Source: Octopus vulgaris (lineage: Eukaryota). From it: a DNA stretch of 64,000 nt. The position numbers and the translations under genes are program-made. The stretch lies in NCBI GenBank assembly GCA_951406725.2, contig OX597819.1:65410001-65474000 (forward strand). Direction: 5' to 3'. Below, piece by piece: positions 28,614-41,796 of this stretch (its first letter is position 1; each line of letters starts with the position of its first letter). Below the pieces are notes generated by a model that saw nothing but the letters and a program-made list of their open reading frames with translations, had not been told where the DNA came from and searched no databases.

Positions 28614-29014
28614 TGTAAAAAATGAAGTTTGAAAATGCTGCTATATTAGACAATTTTTTGATTTTTATATATACATTATTTATTCAACATGTTTCGGTTC
28701 TTAAAATGACGAACCTTATCAAAAAAAATTTATATATAAAAAAGATAGTTCATGCTATCAAATATAAAAAAATCATATATAATAAAAAATTCATATATAG
28801 TGGAGCGAGTCCATGCTATATGTTTAAAGAGTATGAAGAAGTAGTTCATAGTGGTGATATGCATTCAATATAAAAAATTCAATTTCTTGAAAAAGCGAGG
28901 AATTCATTATAGGTTTTACCTTGTGTTCCAATGGGAGCAACTGTGATGACTGTTGGTTGGTGTCTGTTCGAATAGTTCTGGTGAATCTTGTGAAATGTTT
29001 GGGTTTTATATCAC

Positions 29015-29390
29015 CTGTTAGGTGGCTAATCCAGCGGAACGGGACGTCATCAAAGTTTTGACCAATCGTCTCGTTAGGTGGCTAGTCCAGCAGAACAGGA
29101 CGTCATCAATGTTTCGACCAATCAGAATCGGGTCTGACCTATAGCTGTATTAGCTCTGACCCATGTCTGTATCCTGTTAGGTGGCTAGTCCAGCGGAACG
29201 TGACGTCATCACTGTTTTGACCAATCATCCCGTTAGGTGGCTAGTCCAGCAGAACGAGACGTCATCATTGTTTAGACCAATCAGAATCGGGTCTGACCCT
29301 TAGCTGTATCGTATGTGGAAACCGACCAAGCAGGGTGACAATAGATTGCTCACTGATGTAATACGTCATCAGTTTCTTGACGAATCAGGA
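29015..29390. repeat. Higher-order tandem repeat in the PLE 3' UTR (gttaggtggctagtccagc...gacgtcatca...gaccaatc)
   Basis: Four monomers near 29017, 29073, 29176 and 29232 form a ~159-bp dimer, with a decayed fifth near 29360. Confidence 0.9.
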
Positions 29391-29535
29391 TTAGATCTGC
29401 TCGTAGAGATCTTTTTATGAATTTTTTCCTTTCCCTAAGACATATTTCTGTCAGTGTGAGTGACTGTTTAAGGCAGCGGCCGTGGTGGAATTTCGCTTCT
29501 CCTTTTCGGAGGACCAATCTTTTGTTTTAATATTC

Positions 29536-30436
29536 CTAGCCCAGGGTGTTCAAACTTGGTCTAAATTTTTTGATGAAATACAGTTCTTTATTTTGGCGTT
29601 GTGTGAAGGTTACGCTGTCACTGAATTTATAAAGCGGGTAAGTTGTAAATTTCGGATTTACATTTCCAGCACATCTATCTATGTGTCCGCTGACCGGTAT
29701 TTTCCGATATTCAGGGTTTCTAATTTGTGATTTATGCACCGCCATCCTGTTACGTAAGCTATTTTTTGTATGGCCTATATACTGCCTATTGCAGCCTGCG
29801 CATGTTATGACGTAAATTAAGTTTTCTGATGCGCAGCTGAAGTTTGCTCTAATGGTGAACTGATGGCCTTGTTCTAGTATAAATTCTGAACCTTCTATCA
29901 AGATGACACTGATTCCGCAGTTGGGCCTTCCACATTTTCTAACTGCTGGTTTTGTGGTTGATGTTGAGTGCAGTTTAGCTTGGGTTAAAATCCTTTTCAA
30001 TGATTTTGGTTGCCGTTTACTTTTAATGATGGTGTGTGTTTCGAGGATCCGGTTCATCTTTGGGTCTCCCTTTAGTAGGGCTGTGCTTTGTAGTATGGTG
30101 CTGAAGGCCTCATTGTTGAGTGGGTTGTGTGTAGAGATGTAGGGAAGGGTTTTTAATTGTTCTTTCTTTTTTGGTTTTGTTTGTTTCAGGTCTTCTATAC
30201 TTAATTTGAGTGCACTTTGGATTGCACTGTATATTAGGGGCTGTGGATAGTTTCTATTTTTGAGTGTGGTTCTAAGTTCCTGGAGACGTGTGTGTCGGGT
30301 GTTTGTGTCTGATATTATGGTGCAGATCCTTCTAGCTAAACAAAAAGGGACATTTATTCTAGTGTGTCGTGGGTGGCATGAATCAAAGGGTAGGTATTGT
30401 TTGGAGTCTGTCGGTTTATAGTAGATAGCTGTCTCT
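29536..30436 (-). pseudogene. PLE RT thumb, Cys-linker and GIY-YIG endonuclease (open frame, N-terminally truncated)
   Basis: YYKPTDSKQYLPFDSCHP, R.YP, CGRPNCG linker, NLIYVITCAGC..QYIGHT..LRNRM..H, ELYFIKKFRPSLN. The annotated start lies within the (CA)n repeat. Confidence 0.92.
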
Positions 30437-30944
30437 GCACACATACACACACACACATATATAATAGTATTATTATTTTTATTATTTCTTCGTATGCTGC
30501 CTTAGAATTGTGTGAAGGAACCAGGCATGTTAACAAATATTGTCTCAGACGTTTTATTGACATGAAATTATTGGTAGCCTCTGAAAATAGATTCTATACT
30601 TTTTTCACAAGATGGAGCTCTTTTTGTTGATCTTTCCATCACTGAACTGTACACTCTATATATTTATCCAATACAAGGAAATAAGCTCCTCTAATAGGGA
30701 TGTAAAACATCCCATTTTCAATGGTTAACTGTATAACAGAGACATTTGTAAATGATATAAAGTTTTGGTTTTTAAGTTTGAGTTGAAACAATTGTAGGGA
30801 TCATATATATATTATAATTATAATTATATTATATTATGTTAATTAATTTGCGTATGTCAGTTTAAACTCTCCATTTTCCTTTTATCACTTATGTATGTAT
30901 ATATATATATATAGATATATATATATATATATGTATATATAGTG

Positions 30945-31004
<60 letters not shown>

Positions 31005-31965
31005 CAAGCATACGTACATACGTTCAAACTGTCTAAATAACAATCTTGAGAAATTAAGCTTCTCGAAACCACAAAAGAATGTTCTAATTCGAATACTACA
31101 GATCCAATACACCACTGGAGCTGTAAAACTTTGTAAAGTTTTCCAGTAGTTTAGCATTTAAATATACATGAGCATGTCTAGATATGCAACTATATGCATG
31201 AGCACACATACATAAAACATACAAATCTGTATATATACATAAATACATACATACGTATATACATAATGCATACATTCATACAAACAAAGATACCCTTCTG
31301 TTGTTGTTGAGATTCCAGCGAATGAGCGTTGAATCTAGGTAAGAAACCGGTTCTTCTCTACTGGCAAGGAATCATGAAATAAAGCTGAACAATGACATAC
31401 ATACCATTCCAATACTCATTGACGCACTTGGTAATATTAATTCATGAAGAAGTAATAATCTGTGGAAGCTAATATTTAGTGACAGAATCTGTAAGTGCGA
31501 AATTAATAGCATGCAAGTCATTTCAAAAGCTCAATGATTTGCTATAAAAATTCCAGCGATAAAACATGGGTTTCTATGTCACAAACTATCTCCTCTTTTG
31601 AGAAGGAATCCTACATATTAAAAAATAAAATAAAACAGTCAAGGTACGAATATTTTATTTAATCTGAATATTCTAATTCTCAGGTTACACGTCACTGTTA
31701 TTTACAAATTAGAAAGTTCTTGTACAAAGTTTCAAATTGTACAGGAAAAGACAGAAAAAGTTTGGCTAAATAATATTCATTTCTACTTGTACCGAGTACT
31801 CTTTTCTTCTTCCTTGAGAAATTACTACATTAGAATGAGTTTCGCTATTTATATCTTATATACATGTATTATACATATAGCAGTATATATATATATATAT
31901 ATACATACATACATATATATATATACATAAATATATATATACATATAACAATATATGAGCACATG

Positions 31966-32033
<68 letters not shown>

Positions 32034-32117
32034 CACATATACATATACACGCACATATCACTACATATATGCATGTGCATGTATGCATGTTTATATGTTT
32101 GTATATATCTATTGATC

Positions 32118-32206
<89 letters not shown>

Positions 32207-32851
32207 GTATTCCATTCTGTGAGTGAGCATATAAATATACATGTATGTATACGTACGTATAATTGTATAACTGCGTCTACTAATAGTAAGACAGAAAGAG
32301 ACAGGAATAGAGAAGAAATGGAAGATACGCAGCGAGTAGAAGCGAGACTGCATGAGCTCTAGAAATACAGACTTTCAAATTGTGATAAGAATCTCACTCT
32401 CATTAAGCGAAGTAAGTAATTAAGATACTGAAATAAATTTGGTTAGTGGAAAGTGGGAATGGATACATATGCTAATGAGATTAGTTTAAGAGTAAAGTAA
32501 ATTAAAATTTGAAATTGAAATACATATAAAATTGAATCAAATTTCCGTATGCATGATTATAAAGCATAATACGTGGAAATGCTAAAGATACGTGGTCGAG
32601 CAGAATAAATTGTAGAGAACTCGTACAGGTTCGAACAAATGTATGCAGAAACACACACACACACACACACACGCATACATACACGCATATATACAAACAC
32701 ATATCCACACACATATACACACCCATCTATACATAGATACAAACATACAAACTTACTCGTGTGTATAAATCTAAATATACATATACATTTATACATATAT
32801 CATACATACATACATATATATATATATACATATATACATATATACATATAT

Positions 32852-32910
<59 letters not shown>

Positions 32911-33031
32911 CACACACACACACACATATATTGTATATAAATTGAGCAGGTAAGATTCATAAAAACATATACATGTATACACATATGTGTATATATATAT
33001 ATATATACATTACGTCTATATATATATAGAA

Positions 33032-33335
33032 AGGCGCAGGTGTGGCTGCGTGTTAAGAAGCTCCCTTTCATAACCATATGATTCCGGATTCAGTCCCACG
33101 GTGTGGCATCTTGTGCAAGTTTCATCTGCTATAGCCTTGGGTTAACCAAATCCTTGTGGGTGGATTTGGTAGACGGAAATCGAAAAGAAGTGCATCTATA
33201 TCAATTGTGTGCTTGCCTATCTATCTTGTTTTGACAGCCCCTGTGTTTCTCCCACGTGACAATTGGTGATGACATGTTAACGCTCTCGTAATGTAGCGGT
33301 TCGACCAAACAGACTGATAGAATAAGTTCCAAACT
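33032..33335 (+). mobile_element. SINE family 1 copy
   Basis: ggcgcaggtgtggctgcgtgttaagaagc head. Confidence 0.8.
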
Positions 33336-33632
33336 TAGATGGAATTATTCGATTTTAATTGATTTTTTCCGATTAAAATTCTTCAAAGTGGATGTAAATG
33401 TTGGAAGTTAGTAAGATTCGAACAGTCAGTGGCAGGTATTATAAAGCATGGGTCCAATTGATTGGTGAGGTTAATAGGTTTTTCCAGAATCGGGGTTCGA
33501 TAAACTTTAAAAAAATAATTGTAGCTTACGGTTAGCAACTTGACTGGTTATGAATGCGAAGAAAAATCTGAATAGAGGGAGTGGAGTAGGTATGTGTAAG
33601 GCTACATATGAAGACAGAATATGTCAATATTC

Positions 33633-34026
33633 TTTTCTACTTAAACACAAGGCCCGAAATTTGCGGGGAGGGGATAGTCAATTAGATCGAACCCAGTACG
33701 CAACAAGTACTTATTTTATCGACTCCGAAAGGATGAAAGGCAAATTTGACCTCGGTGGAATTTGAACTCAGAACGTAACGGCAGACGAAATACCTAGTTC
33801 TTTACTACCCACAAGGGGCCAAACACAGATAGGACAAACAAGGACAGACAAACGGATTAAGTCGATTATATCGCCCGCAGTGCGTAACTGGTACTTATTT
33901 GATCGACCCCGAAAGGATGAATAGCAAAGTCGACCTCGGCGGAATTTGAACTGAGAACATAACGGCAGACGGAATGCCGCTAAGCATCTCGCCCGGCGTG
34001 CTAACGTTTTTGCCAGCTCGCCGCCT
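33633..34026 (-). mobile_element. SINE family 2 dimer
   Basis: Reverse complement of the 12300-12690 arrangement. Confidence 0.85.
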
Positions 34027-36281
34027 TCAGAGTATGCCAATATTAAAATATAATGCAGAGGAATGACATAGATATTTTGCATAGATATAAATTATACGAA
34101 TGTATCTATTGTAGAAGTATCCGAAAAGTACATGGAAGGAGAGATAGAAAGAAATGAAATGAGAGAAGTAATGAGAGATTTAAAGAAGACAGAAAGGATG
34201 AATTGGTGAATAAGATGAAAGGAAATATATGAGGAAAGCACTATACCTTCGAAAGAAACAAATAAAATGCATGCATATTGAAAATATCGAAAATGTAGGT
34301 ATGATAGAAAGAAAAAAAAAATTAAAGAATTAAAGAAAAGGGAAAGAAAGAGAATAAATACGTTCAGAAAAATCGAGAAAAGAAAATATGAATATAATTA
34401 AACGTAAGAAACTTAGAGTAGCTGAGTGTATGGTAATGAAAAATATAAAGGGAGAAAGAGAAAAATAGTTGAGATTTAGGATTTAAGCACAAGGCCAGCA
34501 ATTTTAAGCGACGAGAATTAGTCAACACCATTGAACCCAATACTAGGCTGGTAGTTTCTTTGATCAGGCGAGAAAGATTAGAAACAAAGATCTCTTCGAT
34601 GGCAATGCAGCTCAGAAAGTATTTAGCCGGAAGTAGTTGAGTAGCGTTATTTCGCTTTGACGAATCACCACCAATCTTCTGTCCTTGAAAGAATAATTAT
34701 AACTGTTTCAAATTTTCGTATGAAGCCAGCAATTGTAACGGAGAGGGTAAATCGATTGTATCGACCACACTTTTCGACTGGTTCTTATTTTATCAAACCG
34801 CGCGAAAGATAAAAGGCAATGTCAACCTCGGCGGAATTTGAACACAGAACGAAGTATTTTGTCCGGCGCGCAAAAGAAATATATATATTAATGGTTTTAA
34901 CTGTCGGTACTAGGCCTGCAGTTTCGGGGGTCGGGTAAGTGGATTATATGACTTCAGTAGTCAATCGGTACTTATTTTATCAACCCAGAAAAGATAAAAT
35001 GGCCACGTCGACCTCAGCTGAAACTGAACCCCAAATGTAAACACGAACGTAATTTCGCATCGGATTTTTTTACGGCGTGCTAATGGTTCTGCCACCTCAG
35101 TGAACGAAGACAATAATAAATGAAAAGTAGAAATGGAACCGAGACAACGTTATAGTCAAAAACCAAAAGAAGCAAGAAAATGCAAATGCTAACGTGAAAG
35201 AATAAATGACAGACGACAACAAAACTAGGACGGAGCAAGGAAGAGACAGAAAAAAAGAAAGAGAGAAAAGAGAAAGAAATCATGATAGTAATTAAAAAAT
35301 ATTTAAAAAAAACTCCGGGATAAAATATAATCCAACTCCAAAATAACATAGAGAAAAAAGGAAAAAGGAGAATGTAAAGGAAGAGAAAGATAAATGGGAA
35401 AATAAAATAAGTGGGGGGGGGCAAATAAAGAGAGACCAAAAGAAGGGAAAACAAAACGAGGCGAAAGACAGAAAGAGAAAACGAAGGGATGATTGAGAAC
35501 AAGGGAGGTAACTGTAAAAGCTATAAAGAATTGAAGGTGGTAAGAAATGCCAATCTCATTTACATAGCTCTCGTGAAAGAATCTGTGTATTGTATGTAAT
35601 GTGATGTGGGGAAAATTACTTGAGTAATCTTATTAGAGACGGCGTAGGGGGATATGTGTCAAACCATTTATTAGGGGCATTGCAAAGAACTATCTTTATA
35701 TGTTGTTTTTGAAGTTTATTATTATTATTATTTATTTTGTATTTGGTTATTTATTGTCTATTTTATATTTGCCGATTTATTATACATGCAGTTTTTTTTT
35801 ATTGTTATTGTGATATATATATATAGTTTTTTTTTTAACATGAGCTTGTTTGTGTGAAGTTCTAATATAATCTTGATGTAGTTAGCTTGCAATAGAAATC
35901 GTAGAGGTGGAAGAAAGAGACGGAAATAGCAACAGATAAACAGAGTTGGAGACAGAGAAATATCGACAGATAGACAGAAAAAATGAATGTAATAGAATGG
36001 AAGAGTGCACTTCCAGTCATCTCTCTGTTTTTTTTTATATTCATTTACGTATGATATTTAAATTAGCATTTGAAATAAACACACACAAACACACGCACAC
36101 ATATATGTATTTAAGTGTGAATGAATTGCTGGGAGTATATGGGGTTGAGTAAAACAGCAATAAACATACAAGGATTATGGAGATGTATACTGATTATGGA
36201 GGGATATACTGGGCTTCGTATATTTGTACCTCAGTGTCACTTTCAACGCATGCACTGCTCTCTCACTCAATAATAATAATG

Positions 36282-36332
<51 letters not shown>

Positions 36333-36559
36333 TATTCTTTTATTCTTTTATTTGTTTCAATCATTTGACTATGACCATGCTGAAGCATCGCCTTTAGTCG
36401 AACAAATCAACCACAGAACTTATTCTTTGTAAGCCTATTACTTATTCCATTGGTCTCTTTTGACAAACCGCTAAATTATGGGGACGTAAACACACTAACA
36501 TCGGTTGTCAGACACACAAATGCACACACACACACACACACACACACAAATACTCAATA

Positions 36560-36596
<37 letters not shown>

Positions 36597-36655
36597 TATA
36601 TTAAATCTAGTTGTAAACAGTAGCAATACGAAATCGTAACATATAACTGCCAAAT

Positions 36656-36918
36656 GTGGCGTCCTATAAGGGACAGAGCTACTGACGTTTATAGTCGCAA
36701 GAAGACATTTCTTCCAGATGGTTACCGATACACATTCTCTGTCCGATTAGTATTTGCGAAGGGAAGTAATCGCTCCCATCCCTAACCTTACGTGATGGCA
36801 TCGATGACCTTCTATTGCAAATACTAATCGGACACAGAATGTGTGTCTTTAGACAGCTGGAAGAGATGTCTTTCTGGGGTTATAAACGTCAGTAGGACTG
36901 TCCCGTATGGGACGCCAC
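36656..36918. mobile_element. Foldback MITE-like element (imperfect hairpin along its whole length)
   Basis: Ends gtggcgtcctataagggacag / ctgtcccgtatgggacgccac. Pairing continues ~125 bp inward to a ~13-nt loop. Confidence 0.8.
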
Positions 36919-36935
36919 TCAATTATACATATAGC

Positions 36936-36973
<38 letters not shown>

Positions 36974-36974
36974 T

Positions 36975-37292
36975 AAAACGTCAAGGTAGAAAATGCTAAA
37001 ATAATTTTAGAGAAACGCATTTCATTACCAGTTTCAGTCATTGAGACTTTTTCAACTGTAAGTATGGAAGACAATTAAATTTGGGAAACACTAATTGAAA
37101 AGTTTTACAAAGAATATTTGCACACTATTCGAATACAAGGGGAATGCAAATATTCTTTTAAAAATTTTATCCCTTAATTTTTCCAAAATTGAATTGTTTT
37201 CCATACTTACAGTTGAAAAAGTATCAATGATTGAAACAAGTACTGAAATGTTTTTTATAAAATTATTTTAGCATTTTTTACCTTGACATTTT
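36975..37292. repeat. Long imperfect inverted repeat (148-bp arms, 22-nt loop) with decayed HHR-like motifs
   Basis: Arms 36975-37122 and 37145-37292; cag-ttgaaaa-agt..atgatt-GAAAC-aa-GTA-ctg at 37210-37245. Confidence 0.8.
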
Positions 37293-37358
37293 TCTCCATG
37301 TAAATGTCAATTCGTCTGTTACTTTTCAACCTTCTACATATATACATACATAAACACG

Positions 37359-37446
<88 letters not shown>

Positions 37447-39681
37447 TGTATGCATCTACGTGCTTATGAAACTAAGTGGTTGCTAGTCTGTGTATTGTAT
37501 AAATTGGTAAAAATATTTGAAGTATCCACTTTGAAACACATCCAAAATTATCGTATCTGATATTGAAGGAGATTTATGAAAACTTATTCGTTACATCCAT
37601 ATATATAAGGAGAGAGAGAAAGAATGTGTGTGTGTGTTTGTTTGCGTGGTGAGAGGCGCTAAATTGGTTGAGCGTGCAGAGGCAGTGCATAACTGAAAAA
37701 GTAGGGAAAAATGAAAGAGCCAGACAGGATGAGAGTTTTCCTAACTGGCATTAGCTTTTATATAGCTTTTTATATATTTTTTTTATCCAGTAGATGTGTA
37801 ACCAGCGATTGTCTGTATGCATGATATCAAAGGTTCTCAACCGGGATCTATATCATCCTTGGGAGTCCATATCAATTTTTCTGTTAAAACTGTATGTGCT
37901 TTACTGTAATGGTTTTACTTCTAGAATACACAAAATATCTTAATTCCTTTGTAATATAATTCCAAATAATATTCAATAATAAAAATACATTAAGTTTTAT
38001 ATGTATATATATATGGAGGTCCAGTAGACTGAAATATGAATGAACGGTATCCATAGGCAAAAAACGCTTCAGTGCAACTAGTGTATTCCTTCATTCAGTT
38101 CAGAGCTACTTAAAACCCTAATGGAGTACACTTATTAATTACGAAAAAATTATTTCCATGTTGACCATCAAGTTTGAAGAACACTGGAGTGTGTTATGTA
38201 ATGTGTCCATTTCTAAGATTCTCGTTTGATATTGGCGACAGATTTGTTTTAATTTCACAGATCTAGCAAACACGTAATCTTTTTACGTTTTTAAATATAA
38301 TCATACAAAACAAGGACAGAAGGTAGTCATTTCAAGAGTGTGTTGCAATAAATTCTCAGGAGTTGAGTTACCATAGAAACGCATTCGATCAATGATTAGA
38401 CTATTGTAAACATTTGTATAAGTGTTACTGTGGTAAAATTGTATAGGGATTTGATGTATGTACGTACTTATGAAGTATGTGATGATTTATTATTTCTCGT
38501 TCTCACGTGTGAGTATTAGATGTGTATTTCTGTACTTCTGAAACGATGCCGTGAAAGCAAGCATAATAACAGAACGTGAAGAAACAAACTTCAAGAAAAT
38601 ATATTTCAGAAAGCAATACCCAAGTCGGTCAGTATACCACAACGTCGCTTCTAATACTCCGGTAAGATGACTGTCCAAAATAGAGCAACTTAGATATGGC
38701 CAGAATTAAGGTTTATTATTCAGTGGGTGGATTTTATCAATTAGGTTCCTATCTCTATCAGTAATAGACATGCTAATAGTATGAATACATATGTTATTAG
38801 CTGTAGCATATAGTACAACATATTTTATCGTTTCTGTATTAATGTTTGTAACCAAAAGCAAATATATTTCCATGACCACGATAACGTTACAAATAAAAAC
38901 ATATAAGAAGAAAACTTAACACAAACAACGAAGCAGTGAGGAAATCTAATCATAGTCTCTATACCTGACGGATAAGAAAATTTTAATGCTGGTTAATGAA
39001 GTCCTTGTAACATTCGTCCCAACAAGAAATGTTCGGATGTGAACAGAGCTATCGCTTGTTATCTTAAAACGGCTTGATCAAGGATCACCTGAAATTATAC
39101 CTAAGACAGCATCAATGGAGTAATATAATGTTGATGACTATAACGATTATGATGTTAATGATGATGGTGAACATCCATTAAAGTCACCTCTATCCAGCAT
39201 ATCATTATCATCCTCATCATCATCATCGTAATAGTCATCACCATCACCAGTAGCACCACCACCACACCACCATCATAATTTTCATCATTATCATCATTAT
39301 CGTCATCATCATCATCAGCAGCAGCAGCATTAATAATAACTCCGAAGTAAACAACATTAGCAAAGGCGGCCATAACGATATGCAGGAAACCGGCAAAGAA
39401 TTATTATCATTAAAATATATAAGTATACCTACGCTCAAAAAGCGCTCAGCTTATTTATAAAGTAGCAGCCATTTTTATTTATGTTTTTATTTCTTTACTA
39501 AACTGCTGGAGATAGTTAAAATCTGCAGATCAAAAGCCACTGCAGGCAATCTGTGTAGTCAACTGAAAATATCTTTTTGCGGAAATATTTATGAATATAT
39601 TTATTTTTCATTAATCTAGCAGATATTATGTGTCTTTATTCTAGATTACTTTGAAATTACTGTTCGCGTAGTATGTATAAA

Positions 39682-39795
39682 TGTATGTATGTATGTATGT
39701 ATGTATGTATGTATGTATGTATGTATGTATGTATGTATGTATGTATGTATGTATGTATGTATGTATGTATGTATGCATGTATGTATGTATGTATG
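39682..39795. repeat. (TATG)n tetranucleotide array
   Basis: Seen directly. Confidence 0.97.
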
Positions 39796-39866
39796 CGTGT
39801 GTATGTATGTGTGTATGTCTATATGTATATTGTTTATATCTATATATATATGTATGTATAAGTATC

Positions 39867-39903
<37 letters not shown>

Positions 39904-39957
39904 TCATGATATATACATGGATATATCTATGTATACACACACTCACACACGCACACA

Positions 39958-40016
<59 letters not shown>

Positions 40017-40436
40017 TCATATATTATATACACTTATATATACATATATACACACACATATTGAAATAATTATCCTTAGGCTTATCGTTTCCTTTAACAT
40101 AGTTAACGTGCGCACGGCTACGAAAATTTTGTTTGGCAGGTGCATTACAAACCTACGCCTCTCGCTTTCTGACGAACATTTTGCAATATTTCTCTAACAT
40201 GAATACTGTATTATTCTAGAAACAACAATAATGTTTCCAAGCAGAGCAAACTGTCAAACGAATGCTCTTTCTTCATTTGCTACATTATCATGTGTCTTCC
40301 TTTCTTTGAAACCTACGGGCGTAGTCCTATACACGTATACACATACTTATAAAATAAATATATATGTGTGTATGTGTGCGTATGTCTATATGCATATAGG
40401 TATATATGTCTATAGATGTATATATACACAAGTATG

Positions 40437-40473
<37 letters not shown>

Positions 40474-40506
40474 TTGTATGTATGTATTTATGTATATATA
40501 TATATA

Positions 40507-40566
<60 letters not shown>

Positions 40567-40648
40567 CATGGTGTAGTTAGTTGAAAGTAATAAATAACCA
40601 ATTTACACGTTTCATATTCATGTTTAGAATTGCAAAATACTGTAATAA

Positions 40649-40876
40649 TTATAATATCTTATATTTATCCGGAAGACAAATATTGCACCTTCTAGGAACT
40701 TCAGTGCAAGAGATCGTCAGTTTTATTATGCTGCAGTCGACCTTATAACTCCCTGTTTTATCACTATTAATATTGCTTTTGGGAGCATAGTCTAAAAGAA
40801 AAAATTGTATGCGCTTAGCTAGTAAGTCCTTAGTTATCAGTGATTTGTAATGTAGCTTTGGGGAAGCTGTTACCAT
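40649..40876 (-). pseudogene. Possible decayed PLE GIY-YIG C-terminal fragment
   Basis: CSIIK...RRCNICLPDKYKIL resembles the W.I...C.LCL.EK..I motif of some PLE clades. Confidence 0.35.
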
Positions 40877-41251
40877 TCTATTTGAAAAAGGTCTTGAAAG
40901 TTAAGGATTGATCTTATATGTATTATTCACTCGTTGTCAGAAGACAATTAGATTCTTCTGTAATTTTAAACAAAAATTTGAACTGTGTAAATTAGTTATT
41001 TTTAACTACCTGTAGGATAAGTATTATTTTTAATACATTCCCTCTGTGTCTTCTTTTATTCATTATAATCTACTTAAAAACAAACATTCATTTCTTAATC
41101 ACTAAAACTCGAATGATTACGCTGTTATATTTTCTCGATGTAGAGTGTGTGTTTCTATATGTGTAAAAATAAAAGACATGGACACAATATTGTTTCTAAC
41201 GTGAAAAGACGAAAAACTATGCAATAATGAAGATAATATTAATATTTAAAC

Positions 41252-41796
41252 ATTGGCAGGTATAGTTCTATATTTAAAAGATGAGGGATTATGTACATAT
41301 TTACATTCGACAGAGATTTGTCCTCATCTTGTTTGTTAACACAACGTTTCGGCTTATATACCCTCCAGCCTTCTTCAGGTATCTTAAGGAAATTTCGAAC
41401 CTGGGTTCTCAATCCTAAGGTATTTTTCGATGTTATTTTTTATAATAATTAGTACTATTATTATTATTATTAGTGTTCAAGTCACTGTTTGGAATCGAAC
41501 TTGGAATTTGGGGGTTAGTAGCCCGTACTTTTAACCACCACGTCATATGCTCGTGAGCAATTATGGAGTGAATTTTAGGGCTTATAAATCTAATATTCTC
41601 CTATCCTTCCTTAATACCGGTTCCCATATGCTGCTCATATCTGCACTCGGTCTGCTTAAGAGGTTGTTGTGTCCTAGCATATGTGCTGCTTCTTTTCGTT
41701 TTCGTATTTTCCAGTGGTGTTCTCTATCTATTATTATATAATAACTCTATCTATTATTTTAAATAATGAAAATGATGTAAAAAATTGGCAGGTATA
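41252..41796 (-). mobile_element. ~520-bp element with a tRNA-like Pol III promoter upstream of a minimal HHR, flanked by a 13-bp direct repeat
   Basis: ATTGGCAGGTATA at 41252-41264 and 41784-41796. The tRNA-like part (41487-41551) has A-like tgacgtggtgg and B-like agttcgattcc. Confidence 0.7.
41338..41383 (-). ncRNA. Minimal type I hammerhead ribozyme
   Basis: gatac-CTGAAGA-a-ggct(ggagggtatata)agcc-GAAAC-GTT-gtgtt. Stem I contains G-U pairs and stem III is reduced to the ACGT palindrome. Confidence 0.72.

Noticed and set aside
29015-29310. Repeat array as a CRISPR array or tandem hammerheads
   Set aside because: Eukaryotic context, non-unique spacers and no cas genes; the TGATGA and GAAAC motifs are not in hammerhead order with stems.
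41487-41551. Genuine tRNA gene (likewise the SINE heads)
   Set aside because: The acceptor stem and boxes are degenerate and the segment is embedded in a repeat body.
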